From Octopus bimaculoides (Eukaryota), in NCBI RefSeq assembly GCF_001194135.2, contig NC_068990.1:61959901-62023900 (forward strand): a DNA stretch of 64,000 bases. The letters run 5' to 3'. Made by a program: the position numbers and the translations under genes. The notes beneath the pieces were generated by a model, which saw only the letters and a list, made by a program, of their open reading frames with translations, made no database searches and was not told the DNA's origin. Below are positions 63,417 to 64,000 of the stretch, piece after piece (position 1 is the stretch's first letter; each line of letters begins with the position of its first letter).

Positions 63417-63484
63417 CTGGTAAATAAAAACAGTAAAACTAGAAAGCCGTTTCCTTTCTAGTGCAATACGTATATATATACACA

Positions 63485-63628
63485 CATATATATATCTATT
63501 TATACACACATTATATATATATCTATTTATACATGCATACATATATATCTATTTATACATGCATACATATATATCTATTTATACATGCATACATNNNNNN
63601 NNNNTACATATATATCTATTTATACATG

Positions 63629-63650
<22 letters not shown>
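63485..63650. repeat. 26-bp tandem repeat (atatatatctatttatacatgcatac)
   Basis: About 5 copies spanning a 10-N gap. Confidence 0.85.
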
Positions 63651-63660
<10 letters not shown>

Positions 63661-63690
63661 GGAATAATTACAATGAAGTATTGTGTAGAA

Positions 63691-63996
63691 TATATTGTAT
63701 AAAAGATTGTGGATAAGGCGAAAACAATGCAAAGTAAATCACAAGAAAACAAATATGTGAATTAATGTAGACTTAACTTGTATTCAATATTTCGGGGTTA
63801 TGAACCCATTTTCAAGAAATTGACGAATGTTGCCGATGTTGTTGGCAACATTTGTCAGTTTCTTGAAAATGGGTTCATAACCCCGAAATATTGAATACAA
63901 TGCTACATTAATTCACATATTCGTTTTCTTGTGATTTACCTTGCATCATTTATTTTGCATTGTTTTGGTCTTACTCATGATCTTTTATGCAATATA
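63691..63996. repeat. Long fold-back inverted repeat (~145-bp arms, 6-nt loop)
   Basis: 63778-63819 is a perfect 42-bp reverse complement of the right arm; homology continues outward to about 63691 and 63996. Confidence 0.95.
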
Positions 63997-64000
63997 TATA

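Noticed and set aside
160-63661. Most ORF-track entries (X-runs, HTHT, CVCV, YIYI, SLSL peptides)
   Set aside because: They span N-gaps or are translations of dinucleotide microsatellites and SINEs

Overview
AT-rich, CpG-poor, microsatellite-dense eukaryotic draft-assembly sequence with 11 N-gaps (about 208-592, 2069-2464, 4803-4957, 5914-6517, 22383-22392, 26436-26535, 27228-27370, 30932-31592, 58584-58790, 60175-60403, 63595-63604). The repeat families match those I recall from Octopus genomes; this is recognition, not a database result. No protein-coding gene can be confidently identified, and nearly all ORF-track entries are microsatellite, N-gap or transposon artefacts. The window looks intronic or intergenic. 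It holds about 35 tRNA-derived SINE copies in several families (informal labels here: SINE-A, SINE-B, CORE-type, SINE-D), RTE and CR1/L2-type LINE remnants, and several MITE families (piggyBac-like TTAA, hAT with 8-bp TSD, Tigger-like TA, a possible Helentron/HINE-like element), often nested. The most notable structures are a ~305-bp fold-back inverted repeat at the window end, a TSD-flanked tandem insert inside a piggyBac-like MITE, two perfect 15-bp hairpins sharing a CCATAAAC core, head-to-tail SINE-B arrays, and a minisatellite with higher-order periodicity. A few candidate exons are listed at low confidence. I found no convincing new biological system. Repeat boundaries were read by eye and are approximate (about 10-20 bp) unless a TSD or TIR is quoted.
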